Below are positions 1 through 29,096 of a stretch of 64,000 bases of DNA, piece by piece; within the stretch, counting starts at the first letter, position 1; each line of letters begins with the position of its first letter. The stretch comes from Eledone cirrhosa (lineage: Eukaryota): contig OZ024743.1 of assembly GCA_964016885.1 (NCBI GenBank), positions 338,148,001 through 338,212,000 on the forward strand. Reading direction: 5' to 3'. The translations under genes were made by a program, and so were the position numbers. Under the pieces are notes generated by a model. The model did not search any database. It was given only the letters and a program-made list of their open reading frames with translations, and was not told the origin of the DNA.

Positions 1-504
1 TGATAAAAGGCGCCCAGTCGGTGACCATCCACCATTCGCTATAACCAGAACACCATTGTTCCTCGTTTTTTTTTTGGGGGGGGGGGGGGGGGTTTAAAGA
101 TTTTCAGGTGTGATTTGAAAGAGTGATATGTTTCTTCCGGTGAAGCGAAGCTTATGTCCCGGTTTCAATTTACACCTGAAACTATTTTCGTTTCACTTAA
201 GTCACTATTACCATTGAAGGAAGGCATGAGAGTCACAACACCTCTTTATCCTAAAAATATAACAGCTATATGCTTTTCGTGAAAATAAAAAGGCAAATGA
301 GTATCCCATGGGCCAAATATGAACTATGAAATGGCGTTTCACATGAATGTGTGTGTGTATCTGTGTTTGTGTCTGTGTGTGTGTGTGTCTGTGTCTCTGT
401 GTGTGTGTGTCTTTCTCTCTCTCTCTCACACACACACAGACACGTGCGTATCACAATTGGTTATGCAGTAGAAGTCTTAGATTAAATTCCAGTAATAGTT
501 GCAT

Positions 505-610
<106 letters not shown>

Positions 611-615
611 GCATA

Positions 616-672
<57 letters not shown>

Positions 673-1009
673 AGATTGATAGATAGATATGCATATTCAT
701 ATACACATATATATGTGTATGTATCTTTCTCTCTCTATATATATGTGTATGCGGCGTGTGTGTGTATGCGTGTGTGTGTGCGCTCACTGCTGATAGCATG
801 CAGGTGGCACTTTTGGTGGTCGTGTGCCGCTTTTGGTTAAGTGTAAGATGCTAGTCACCACCCATTAATATTCTTCTTCCTCAACACCATCTCTTCCTTC
901 ATCCCCCACCCCATCCACCTCCTCCTCTTCTTTCATCAACACCTTCTCTTCCTCCACCTTTTCCTTCATACCTACCCCCTTCTCTTTACCTCCTTTTCTC
1001 TTTTCATAT

Positions 1010-1112
<103 letters not shown>

Positions 1113-1902
1113 TATATGTGTTCAGGTATTTCTTACGTAATCTGGAAGGAGTTAAAACAGCTCACCGACAAAAACAGTTATGGAATTTCTCAGAGGATGC
1201 CGGGTTTCTGTTGATGTTCTCATGTCGATATTACAGTTGGCTTCCTTGAGTTCCTTAAATAAACAATCGGTCAAAGTAAGAGGGAGAGGGAGGTGTAGTA
1301 AGGAAGGAGCTGAAAGAGAGCGGGTGGTGTGTGTGAGAGAGAGAGGTGGAGGTTGATCTGTATTGCAGCTTCTGTTATCACCTGAGTGCTGTGTGTATTT
1401 TGGCAAGAGACCACTTTGCAGAGACAGAGTGTTGTAGGGTTGCGAGGGTAGTTAGGTAGCAAGCTAGCAACTCGGGTGGAAAGGATGTAGGTGTATAAAA
1501 GAATACAGGAGATAGAGAGGGTGGGAGGGAGAGAGAGAAAGAGAGAGGAGTGTGAAAGACGGTGGGGAGGAAGAAAAAATGAGAAAGAGAGAAGGAACAA
1601 GCTGAAATTACCTTTCATGGTTAGAGCAACCTGATTAAATATAACAAGAGAACTACTGAATTTCAACTTCCTAGAATACAAGAAGCAGCTGCCTCCAATG
1701 TGTTTTTCCCAAATATGAAGCGATTCTTAGAACTGCTATTCCATTCAAAAAACAGCTTTTTTTATTCTTCAGATTCTCGTGTTTATTTTTGTATCTTTTT
1801 CATAAATATTCCATTTCTAGTGACATTAATAGCATAAGTGAAGTGAAATAAGTTGAAATAGCTACAACCAGGAACTGAGTATGAGTCACGAAAGTTTATA
1901 TC

Positions 1903-2058
1903 TCTTACTTAACTTCCACATATCTATTTACCTAACTTCCACATAGCTTTGTAGTCAACTTCCACATAACTCTATATTCCACTTCCATAATCTTTTATTC
2001 AACTTTGACATAGCCCCTTACTTAATTTCCATATAGTTCTTTATTCAACTTCACATTT
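1903..2058. repeat. Degenerate ~22-bp tandem repeat (aacttccacata core), about 7 units
   Basis: Direct reading. Confidence 0.75.
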
Positions 2059-5000
2059 ATCTTGCAAAACAAAAATATCTAAAATTTATATTCTATGAAG
2101 GAATTAGAAAGAAACTATTTTTTTTTTCAATACATATATTCATAATTTCTCTAATAATTCTGAACGATAAGTATTGCCTAATAGTAAACATCGACGAAAT
2201 CTTTACAAAGAGAATTCCACGACGACTTAGTTTTAATTTATAGCATCACTTTTTTCTAGTGTCATATTGTTTCTATCATAAATGCATCAGTTGATGTATA
2301 GAATCGATTTTCTTCCGACTTTTGATAATATACATATCTAATACTACATTTAATTGAAAAATACTCTTAGACTTTGATTCATATCGTTTTAATAAAAATG
2401 ATTTATCTTTGCAATAGTTACTATAGTATAACATTGTACACACGTTGAGCCGAGGTTATGAGTTAGTTTGGATTCCACTTAGATTGCTTAACTTCATTTA
2501 CGTCGCTAAAATGTTTGGAGCAGGCATGAATGTAAACATGACCATTTTCATTTTCTTTATAAATAGTAACTGCATCTATGTATGTATATGTGAGTCTATG
2601 TTTATACATGTGTATGCGTGTATGTGTTTATGTTAAAAGTATACAATTTAATGCGAATGACATGCAAGATAAACTCTTTAAGCTTGATACATAGCTATGC
2701 TATCTAGTATTCCTTTACTTATACACACAAGATAAGTTAATTTGAAATGGACATGTGTGTCCATATCTGTGTGTCGAAATCTTATTTTATCAATTTAGTA
2801 ATAAAAAAAAAAAAAGGAAAGCACAAAGGGTCGACTTGAATTTTTTTTTTTTCATGATAAATAACTTGAAACATTTTGAAAATAACTGGACCGAAACCAG
2901 TTTCGTTTTATACATGATATTCCCCATCCTCTGTTTCATTTTGAACTTACTGACAACAAAGTTTACTTGCAGATTGAATAGTTTAAATGTACTAACTGTT
3001 ACACAGTGATATCAAATGTTGACATGCAAGGTCTAATCTAAGACTATTTATGTAAGTAGTCTCCCGTAATAAGTTGGGTTGTGTTGGAATGCGAAGGCAA
3101 GAGAGGCCAACAAAGTTCATTTCGGATAAGTCAGTTTATTTGGAATCTTTCACTCCTAAATTACATGGAAAGATATTTAACTCGGCACTGAATGCTAATA
3201 AACACTAAATTCTATCCATCCTCTGTAACCCTTTTAGTAAATTAGTGAAATTAAAACATTTTATGGTTAAATTGTGCTGGTAAAGTTGGATACAGCATGA
3301 CCTTGCTATACAATTGATATTGGCTTTATTGCCCCAAATGTTTCAGCAAGCCACCAGAGCGTAGGAAGCCAGGGAAAATACAATGAAGCATTCTATCCAG
3401 TGTGCTAAAGAACTCTGCCAATTCGTCGTCTTCAGTTGTATGGAGACTGGAAAATGTAACTGGTTCAGAGTCATTCTATTCATATTAGTCTAAAATATTA
3501 AGTATTCTAAATTAAACGAAATGGCTACAATCGGAGGGCGAAACCAGATCAGAAATCTAGTTTCACTGTAAGTTTAATCTCTAGTCGATGACGATTACCT
3601 AGAAAGATTTAATTTCTTATGTGTTAGTGGAGTGAGAGGTTAAATCTGGACATGTATGTTCATACATTTTCTAGGTAAATTTTTAATGTTAGAGAATGAA
3701 TTGAGTTTTTTTTTAATCAATGATAGTCCGAGCCTGATGTGTTGATAAAATATTTTCATGTGGATATTATTTGTTTAGTCTATACACTGGCTATTCCGAC
3801 TTCCAGCAACGCATTGTGTCCTTCAGCAAGACACTTTATTTCACATTGCTCCAGTCCACTCAGCTGGTAAAAATGGGTTGTACCTGTAATTCAAATGGCC
3901 GGCCTTGTCACATATTGTCTTATACTGAATTTAAAACCTGCTGAAGTTAACTTTTCCTTTCACCCTTTCGTGGTGGATAAAACAAGTACCATTTCAGTCC
4001 TGAGATCGATCCCCGCCCCTCTTTCTCTCTATAGGTAATCGATTGTTTTCAGACTTGGTCAGGGATGGGCTCCACCAGATGTTTTTTTTTAATGCCCAAG
4101 TCACATTGTTGACCCCTACAATTCCATCGGGAGATCACGGTCAGTGAATGATTAGTGTATGGTAAAGAAGCAGACAACTAAAATTACATTGTGTGGTTTG
4201 GTCTTCCTGCTTTGTGTTAGTACATAATTCAGCCCACCTAGTTATGAATTGGTACCATGAGAGAGTTAATAGTTTAAAACTAACTGGTCCCATATAATTG
4301 AGTGCCGAAGTTCGTTAAATTACAACATTCAACTAGGAATCCTTCCCATGATTTAGACTGCACTATCCATTCTCACTTATTTATAATCAAGAAACATACC
4401 CCTAGTTAAATCTGCTTACTTTGACATAAATAAATGGTATTGACACCTTTTTATCTTCTATTTATGTTTTTATTATAACCGTGTTTCTGGCCTTGTGCCA
4501 AAAGTAGAAACAATTATAAGCGTGTTTCGAGATTGATGGATTGGTAGAATCCTTAGAGGGTTGTGTTATCTAAAGGCAGTATTATATAATCTCTAATGGC
4601 GGTATGATGTATTTTGAGGTTGATTTGGTTGCTATTTCTAGCAGACTACACGACTTTATTTTACTCTCGATAAAAGCATTTCCAACGGTTACTTTTTTTT
4701 TTTTTGGGGGGGGGGGTTATACTAAACTACAAAGTCCAGTGCATCCTTCGTTTATTTAAGACGATAGAAAGTGATTCCAGATAGATTAATTGTTGTTTCT
4801 AGCAGATAGAAGGATCACAAAGATGTCTCCTCGTTTTTTCGATGCTTCTCTCGTTTTTATTCGTAGTTCTAGGTGTCCCATTGAATAACGCATCGTTAAA
4901 CAAGAATATAATGTAAAGTTACTGCTTTATTTATGGGACACTTTGTATGCCCGATGACTGGCAAATCTTACAGGCTACCTAACTACCTGGTTACCTGCCT

Positions 5001-5223
5001 GATTAATTAGCTTCTTGGTCGGTTACGTTATACCTGTTTGGCGTGAGTAGCCGACTAACTGTTGGTATGGAGCTGATAAGAGTGGAGCTCATCTGAAGGA
5101 GTTAGCAAGCAAGCCGACTGCTTCATTATGTAGATAATCAACTGGCAGGCAGTGTGTATGTATATATATATATATATCCGTGCGTGTACGTATGCATGTT
5201 TATATGTATGCGTGCGTGTGTGC

Positions 5224-5310
<87 letters not shown>

Positions 5311-5340
5311 TATGTATATGTGCGTGTAAGTATATGTTTG

Positions 5341-5371
<31 letters not shown>

Positions 5372-5491
5372 TGTATGTGTGTGCGTGTTGTATGTGTATA
5401 TATATGTATGTATAGATGTGTGTGTGTTGTATGTGTCTATATATATATATATGTATATATATAGACACATACAACACACATACATCTATAC

Positions 5492-5523
<32 letters not shown>

Positions 5524-5554
5524 TCAAACACATACATCTCTCTCTATATCTATC

Positions 5555-5731
<177 letters not shown>

Positions 5732-6291
5732 TACAACAGATAGATTATACAACACACACATCTATATATATATATAGATGTGTGTGTTGTATACATGCAT
5801 GATAGTCAAGCTTTGGCAGCAACAATCTTTCTATCTTTAGCCTGCCAGCCAGACAAGATATACAGTCAGCCAGCCTGCCAGCCTTTTAAGGATGCAAGCG
5901 AATAGAAACAGTGAAACTTTTCAGAAAATAGCCTGACTAAGTATGCAGGGAATTTGCTACACACACACATATACTCTCATACACACATATATACACTCAT
6001 ACACACTCATGGACATACACATTATCTTCTCTCCCTCACCACCCTTTCCATCTCTATTTCCTTCATACATAACTATATATAAAGAAAAGTGTGCTAACAA
6101 CAGAATATGATACAAAACAAAAGTATGTATCTATATATATGTATTTATTATTATGACAATTGTATGAGGAACTACAAAATATTTTCCGGGCACAACAGGA
6201 ATTGTTATATCTAACGTTAGCATTTACCAACTATACAACACCTGCCATATATATATGTAGTAATAATGAATTCGAAGAGGGCTCAATAAGG

Positions 6292-6408
<117 letters not shown>

Positions 6409-7986
6409 CAACCAAGAAGTTTTTTTATCTCTAATATAGTCAGACATCGCAATGAAAAGGTAAATTATCAATTCAGAGAAGTAATTAAACATATTAAACA
6501 TAAACCAAAATATCGATTGGGTGGCTTATATAAGTTCGAGAAACAAAAATATGTTAGTTTTATTCATATAATATCCCCAAACTGCAGTTGGGAATATTTT
6601 GAGTGAAACTGACTTATTCAAGCTTTTCAAACTTATACCATCCGCCATCTGTATTTTAGCAATCTTAGAGGATGCTTTACTTTGTAATATCTAGTTTTAA
6701 TGATAGCTGTTGCCTACATATCTTCTCTTTCATTCATTCGTTCTTATATATATTCAATCAATCAATCATTCTAAAAGCTAATATATTACATATAGAGAGC
6801 AACGTTTATCATTGATCAACCTATCAACCTCAGATTGAAGGGTCTATGTACTTATATTCGTGCACGTTTCACGATTTTGTTTTCCAAATGAAAATATGTA
6901 TATATAAAGATATAAAGTTGGAGCAACCTTTGCTAATGGAGCGCAATCATGTAGATATTTTGGCGAGTTGATAGGAAACATAACATTAACAAACAAATAT
7001 ATCATTAAATTCAGAAACATAACATTAACAAACACATATATCATGAAATTCAGTTTAGTCTAAAGTATGCCTCATGCCATGAGTCTTGTCAGGCCGGTGT
7101 TTATCCCAGTTTCGTCACGAGAAGCGAATGAGAGTACAATACTCTTCCCTGGACAGGGCACCAGTCCATTGCAGGGTTAAAATTAAAATTCCAAACACAA
7201 TAATAATAATAATAATACTAACGATTTCTGATTTAGGCACAATGCATCATTTTTTTTCTTTTTGTGTGGCGACCTCAGTGCATTACTGGTACTTTATTTT
7301 ATCGACCTCAGAAGGATGAAATGCAAAGTTGACATCGACGGGATGTGAAAGCAGAATGCTAGAAGGGTGCAACAAAATACTGTAGCAATAATAATAATGA
7401 TGATGATGGTGAAGATGATAATGATAATGTTGATGTTGATCAGTAATAAAATTACAGAACTAACACCATGAAACAAGCTAAACTCCACAAGAAAAAACTT
7501 ACTGGTTCAGTATACTGAGGTCTATACCCCCCCCCCCCCCCCACCTTTCACACCACGCCACGTCCCAAACAACACACAATGCTGTACTCATCCCTCAGAA
7601 ATACGGAGATGTAGGAGATGGTGCAATAGAAACTAACATAAATTTTTTGAAGAAATAACAGTAATAAATTCATTAATCAAATAATTGAATATAAAATATT
7701 GAAACATAAAGTAAACACAAATTAAACAAAGATACACGTGACTAAATCACTCTGAAATATAATTCACACTCAACAAATTAATAAAAACCAAATCTATCAA
7801 AATTCACACTTATAAACAAACGAACGTCCATTTTTTTAAAATTTCTTTTTTAATTTTTGGTTCAATGGGAAACATTTCCTCACGTGAGCCACCATATTCT
7901 CAAATGGAATAAATAAGGTCTGTTATGATAATAAAATCTAAAAGAACACCCCCCAAAAAACAAAAAACGTATCTCTTTTATTATAG

Positions 7987-8052
7987 ATTGTAAAGACACG
8001 TCATCTTGCATTTGATCAAAGCGAAATGGACAGAGCGGAAGCACGGTTTCGG
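7987..8052 (+). CDS. Candidate additional/alternative N-terminal paramyosin exon (IVKTRHLAFDQSEMDRAEARFR)
   Basis: tctcttttattatag acceptor, 66 nt open in phase 0, CGG|gtatgt donor; phase-compatible with the exon at 12311. Confidence 0.55.
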
Positions 8053-8971
8053 GTATGTTGTAAGTGGTGTGCTAGGTTCAAACTCTATCTATCAATCTGT
8101 CTATATCTTCTCTGAAATAATAATAATAATAATAATAATAATAACCAAATTATAGTAGTAATAATAATAATAATAATTAAAAATAAAAATAATGATGATA
8201 ATAATAATAATAATAATAATAATGGTTTTTATTTGAGCACAAGGCCAAGAATTTTAGGATAAGTGTAGAAAATCGATTCGATCGACGTCAGTATTTGACT
8301 GATACTTTATTTTAACGGTCAAATATTGGGCTTGATATAATCGACTTGCCCTGCCCACCAGAATTGCTGGCCTTGGGTCTAAATTAGAAACCATTATAAT
8401 TAATATTGTTAATATCCTTAAAATGTCTTTGTCATAATTCTACCCGGATTCTATCTATTTGTTTCCGCAACCTGAATACTGATTCTTTCCCTCTCTTTGC
8501 CTGTCGTCTCACCCCCAACCTTACTGCTGTGTTGTTGCTGTGATCTACCCTCAACAATATTCTCTTTTATTCTATTTTATTTATTAGATATCTATTAGTT
8601 ATTGATTAAATTTGTTTGTAGTTTAGAATGCATCTGCATACCAATAAACATGGTATATATATATGTGTATATATACCATGTATATATACCATGTATATAT
8701 ATATATGTATATATACCATATGTATATATATGTATATGTATATGTATGTAAAAGAAAAGTTCACAAAGAAAAAGAAACATAGAAGAATAGTGCAATGATG
8801 ATATATATTAATTTAACGCAGGACATATTAGTAAAAGAGTCTTGGCGTTTCGGATTTTAATCTTTCACCAAAAGATAGAATAAGAGAGACAAAAGATTTG
8901 GGTGACGAAAGAAGAAATAAAAAAATAGATGAGAGTAATAAAAGAAAAAAATCGTGAAAGTTAAACAGAAG

Positions 8972-9040
<69 letters not shown>

Positions 9041-11246
9041 GGTGGGGGTTAAATAGATAACTGAGACATAGATAGATGAACTGGATAATACATGCTAAGT
9101 TTCTTGAACTTTGCTTGTGAATTAATGCCTCGCTTCGAAGGTTATTCTGTGGCTCAAAGTAAAACAATTCAATGTTTAATCATCACCAGAGGCAAGTATT
9201 CCATTTCTGATTATAAATACTCAGAGCTGGTCAAATCATAATGGGTAAGCTGACTGAAATTGTTTGCCGTTCACAACCCATCACTGGTGTTGTGTCTTTG
9301 GTTAAGACAGTTTAACCCTCAAATCTCTTCCTCCAGTCCGTTAATTGTAATAGGAAAGAAATATCTATCACTCTGTGCTGAAGAGGACACAGTAGGATTG
9401 ACAAATATTAAGCTACTATGCTGAGCCGAGCTGCAATCATTGCTTGGGAGGAAACTCACAAGATAACGGTCGTTCAGTATATATATGAGTGAGGGCGAAA
9501 GAACTTGTGTCCTAGAATCCAGAGTTGAACACTGGATTAAGTATTATATATATTTTCTGATTTCCCCTCTCTTCTACCTCCACCCTCTGCAAAAATAATT
9601 GCATAGTTGCTGTGGTGTTTTGCTCCCATTTTTTTAAAGTTTTGGGGTGTTTTTTTTTTTGTTTTTTTTTTTGTTTTTTTTTTTTGTTTTGGTACCTTTT
9701 GGGGAGGGCGGAGATGAGGTTCTTTTTTAATTTTTTTCCAAGGCTCTTAATTCTATTCTCACACTAGTTGTGTGGGAAAGGAAAGTTATCTACGATAGAC
9801 TGGCTTCCTATCAAGAAGTGGTGTTGAGTCTTTAAATTTGTCTCACATCCACTGGACACTATAGACACCACAGTTTAGTCCTCTATTAATTCGTAGTTAT
9901 TCGCAAATGAACTAACTAACCCTACATTTGAAAAAGGTCGGGTCTATCCGAAATAGTAAGATACTTGATTAGAGGCAGCAACAAATTATTCTATTGGTAT
10001 CCAATTATAGTTGCTGATCTTTTGTTATTGCATCTACCTAGGGAAAGACCAAGATAAGTATCTCTGAAGAACACGCTAAAAATGGGAAACTCAGAGTAAT
10101 GATGTAATGTTCTCAAAGTCTATTTATAGTCTTCTGTGTACAAAGCTGGAAATTATAAATCAGAAAGCAAAACGTTCCAATATATTGTCAATATGGTAAT
10201 CTGTTAGAGAACAGTTGCGTCTTATACAGCAATTGAATCCTGAATGAAGTATCTATCTCTCCAAGTTGTTATCTCTTCAGATGTTTTGTTATTTGTTTTA
10301 ATGGGGTGGCAGAATTGTTACAGCTTCTCAACTTCTGTGTTCAAATTCCACCGAGATAAAATTTGCCTTTCATCTTTCCAGGGTCGATAAAATGAAGTAC
10401 CAGTTAAGTACTGGGGTCGATATATTCGACTTTCTCTTCCATTCAAATTACTGGCCTTGTGCTAATATTAGAAATCACTATTTTAATAAATATATTTCCT
10501 TTCTCTAAACAGTAGAAGGTAAGTATTCAGATATAGTAAATAAAGCAATACAGTTCGTTTACGGGAATGAGAGATCGATTACATTTAGAAATTTGGAAAT
10601 CAAAGTCAAACTTCATTTATCAATTCAGTGTTATTAATAACATTACAAAATAAAAAGAAAATTGTTGTTTTCGTTGAAATAGCTTGAACCTTGAATCTGT
10701 AAACGGGCGCTCAAAAGCGAATACAGACTATCTATTTCAATATGCGGTCACTAGTAACTCTTCTGTTACTGGTTTGAGTTTAGAACTTGATCTTGGTTTG
10801 TGAAAATGTTTCTTCTCAAGCTATTTACGAAAAAATATATATATAGAGAGAAAGAAAATTTCAATTCAGAAATGAATTTTATGAACGTGATGTTTTTAAA
10901 TAATGAAGATATATTTTTAAATGATCATAACATGAGAAATTCAACTTAATTCTCCTCTCGACATTTAATCCCACGCGTCAAATTCTCATAAACTAACATC
11001 ATTTTAACATATCACCTGCATGCCCTGGAATTTAGCATTTTGCATTTATCCATATATTTTATATTATTTTAGTGTATTTTCCTTTTGTTTTTGTGATTTA
11101 TTTCGTTTCTGTTTTTGTTTATTATGTGCACATTTTAAACTTGTAATTTTCTAGTTTACATATGAACTCTTAACTTTAAAAATACTCAAATACCAAAAGA
11201 TAAAATCTATTTTCATTTAGGACTAAGAATTTATAGCGTCAGATTT

Positions 11247-11338
<92 letters not shown>

Positions 11339-11343
<5 letters not shown>

Positions 11344-11491
11344 ATATTAAATAAATGGAACTATATTTATAAAAGCATATTTATTCTATTATATATATTT
11401 CAAGGGTACCAACATTTTGGTACCCTTGAAATATATATAATAGAATAAATATGCTTTTATAAATATAGTTTCCATTTATTTAATATGATTG
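11339..11491. repeat. ~75-bp-arm palindrome with a 4-nt loop
   Basis: ...tttcaagggtaccaa catt ttggtacccttgaaa... Confidence 0.92.
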
Positions 11492-11592
11492 AATATATAC
11501 TCCAGAAAATCTGTCGAGTGCTCGGAATCAGTTATAAACATTTATATTTGTTGAATTACCAACAAATTGAATATCCCTTCTGCTTATATATA

Positions 11593-11623
<31 letters not shown>

Positions 11624-11731
11624 TGTAAGCTATATCTTTGGATGGTTTATTACACAATTTAAATGAAATAAATTTCAGTATTTATAAACATATTTAACCA
11701 TATTTTAGTCTTGGAGTCGAATGATTAATTA

Positions 11732-11928
<197 letters not shown>

Positions 11929-11941
11929 ATATATATATATA

Positions 11942-12004
<63 letters not shown>

Positions 12005-12032
12005 ATACATATACATCATATATATATATGAT

Positions 12033-12195
12033 ATGTCCCAATGCCTCTGATACCATCAACACTATAAACACAGAGCTGGCATATCTAAGAACTGACTAAC
12101 TGCCTGATGAGGTCATAGCCATTCAATGGCTATCATCGAAATATATATACCAGTAAATAAAGGATTATGAGTTCATGCAATTGACTTATGTTTCG

Positions 12196-12200
<5 letters not shown>
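12033..12200 (+). mobile_element. ~165-bp hammerhead-bearing element in (TA)n; near-identical inverted copy at 48408-48572
   Basis: Direct comparison of the two copies; both are flanked by TA repeats. Confidence 0.85.
12099..12154 (+). ncRNA. Type-I hammerhead ribozyme (minimal; one stem I mismatch)
   Basis: actgc-CTGATGA-g..atagccat/atggctat..c-GAAA-tatata-TA-ccagt. Confidence 0.75.
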
Positions 12201-12247
<47 letters not shown>

Positions 12248-12310
12248 AATATAACTACACGTGATCTATGAAATATGTATTAATATATTTTCGTTTTTCT
12301 CTATCTACAG

Positions 12311-26466
<14,156 letters not shown>

Positions 26467-27231
26467 GCAGATGCTGAGTGACCCGGAAGCCAGCCAACCA
26501 CCGCCGACGGTGAGCTCTACACACTACTTCTTTGCTTCACCAACACCACTACCACTATCACTGTTACAACACTTCTAAATACCTCTACCACATTCACTGT
26601 TAGTTATATTGCAAAACACCACTGCTTAGTTAATACCTAAACACGGCTTAAAATGACTAGAAACAATAAAGAAATTACATCAGAAAGATAAAAAACAAAA
26701 GAATTAAACGACAGAAAGATAAAAGAAAAGCATAACAGAAAATTAAAAACAAAATGCAGTAAACAGTATGTGAATTCTATGTATACTCGACGTATAGGTT
26801 TACACACAATATGTGTATACATACATTATGGGACAAACAACTAACTAGCTAGCTAGGGAAATATCGCATACTTTTGAAGAAAAACACACATAAACACGGT
26901 GTAAAATATAATTTAATGAACATTGTTTATTAATTATATTAATGATAATGTCGCTGTTTTATTTTACTTCATCATTTTGCAAATTAAAGATAATATTCGA
27001 ACAGTCTCTTCTGAGAAGATGCGAAATGTAATGTAAAACATGGAGTCGGTTGTCATTCTTCCACACGATGTGTCTTACGATTTTTTTTTCTCTCTCCAAC
27101 TCTACTGATTTATTATTTGTTTTTTACTTTCTTTGTTGTTTTTACACATTTCTGACACTTGCTATGTTCGATCGATAAAGAACTAGAAACAACAACAAAA
27201 AAAAATGTTATTTTTCAACAATGAAGAAAAA

Positions 27232-27256
27232 AATAAAAGAAAAAAATCTTAATAAA
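27232..27256 (+). terminator. Likely paramyosin polyadenylation signals (two AATAAA)
   Basis: AATAAA at 27232 and 27251, about 770 nt after the stop, followed by T-rich sequence. Confidence 0.45.
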
Positions 27257-28359
27257 AAAAAAAGTAAAAATATTAAAAAACGTTAATTTAATTCTCTCTT
27301 TTTTTTTCGTAAAAGATTGTCATTGTAATTTAATTTTCTTTTTACATTTTTTTTATCAAATTATTTTCTCCGCTTTTCGTTGCCTGAGAAAAAAAAATTA
27401 TTCAACTAAAATTATTTCACGTAATTCCTTTACAACTACCAAGACAAATTTCTTTTTAAAAGAAAACGTAGTAAAAAATATTCCGTTTAATTTTCTAAAG
27501 ATGAGAATAGATATAAAATAATAGAAAACGTATAGAAAATATAATCTTTATATATAAAATTATCTGTATGGGTGTATATGTATGTGTGTGTATATGAATG
27601 TTTCAAATTGTTGACCACAGTTATGTTCCTATATATTGGCACATCTCAGGGACATAGAATATGTTGTTTTTTGTGGAGTGGGGGGTCTGAAAACTAAAAA
27701 AATATTATGTAACCCCCTAAGCACTGCGATATAGACCGGGAAAATTAATGATTAGAAAAATAATTCACTTCGAGTAATATTGTATATAACTACAATATTT
27801 TCATTTTTTAATATTGTAGCTGATTATATAAAAAAAATCACTGCTACAATATTTTTTCAAAATAAAAACGTTTCCTCAGGTAATTCAACTTTATAAAATG
27901 TAAGAGTAAAATTATATTTTAGCTTCTATATTTGGCCTTCTTTTCTTTCCTCTGAGCATTTTTACGAAGTTCAACTGAAGTCATCTTGTTGGCTTGGATA
28001 CAACAATCTTATGTGCAGTGACATTCATAGAACAACAGAAGATTGTTGACATCATTTTAAAGCAATGTAAATAAAATATAAGAAATTCATGTGATTATAT
28101 GAATTTTCGGTATTAATCCACCCCGACAAAGCCTGGTACAACTGTTAAGGTTGTTGAATGTATAACACTGAAACACATATAATAAGCAGAATGGGTTAGA
28201 GGGAATTTTTTGAAGCAATATTTTACATCCGGGCACCCTTCCTGACACCAACCCCTTTACTCACTTCTTATGACATGCAGGGATACTGTGTACCTATTCT
28301 AAACAATATATATTGTTTCCACTTTTGGCACAAGGCCAGCAATTACCCCAGTACATTAC

Positions 28360-28560
28360 TGTCTCAAGCCAGGACGCTCGTTAGGCCAGTGCTTATCCCG
28401 GTTTCGTGGCGTGAAGTGACTGAGTGTACAATACTTCTCCCTGGGCATGACGGCAGTCCATCGCAGGGTTAAACCTCCAGTTAACGCTAGTATTAATTTT
28501 CAGCTGAGTATACTGGGGCAACGTAAAACAAAGTGTTTTGCTCAAGAATACAACACTCAA
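28360..28560 (-). mobile_element. Nin/Deu-domain-type SINE fragment; relatives at ~3770-3930, 30535-30790, 50750-51045
   Basis: Core gtgtattcttgagcaaaacactt...ccccagtatactcagctg and shared tail; tRNA-like heads at 30535 and 50752. Confidence 0.65.
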
Positions 28561-28748
28561 CCTTACTACTTGGCCACGCGATTCTGCTTGGGTACGACTA
28601 CTAGTATTTAATAAAGATTACCAAAATTTAGAAACATCTTCCCTTGAAAATGGAAGATGTGGTAAATATTTTCATGATAAAATATATTCTCGTTCAAATT
28701 AATTTCTATCACTTCGTTATTTCTGGATTACTTTAATATATTTCTTGA

Positions 28749-28878
<130 letters not shown>

Positions 28879-29047
28879 TGTATATATATGCATGTGTGTG
28901 TGTACATATATATAACAAAGAAGATGTGGTAAGATACTAGGTGGACCATAGCGCACCAGAGTACTCGATACTTAGAGTAGTAGAGTGGTTAATAGGATCT
29001 AGCTGTTGAAACGGCCAAAGCTTAGCCGTCGGGGTCCTGACTTTTTT

Positions 29048-29092
<45 letters not shown>

Positions 29093-29096
<4 letters not shown>

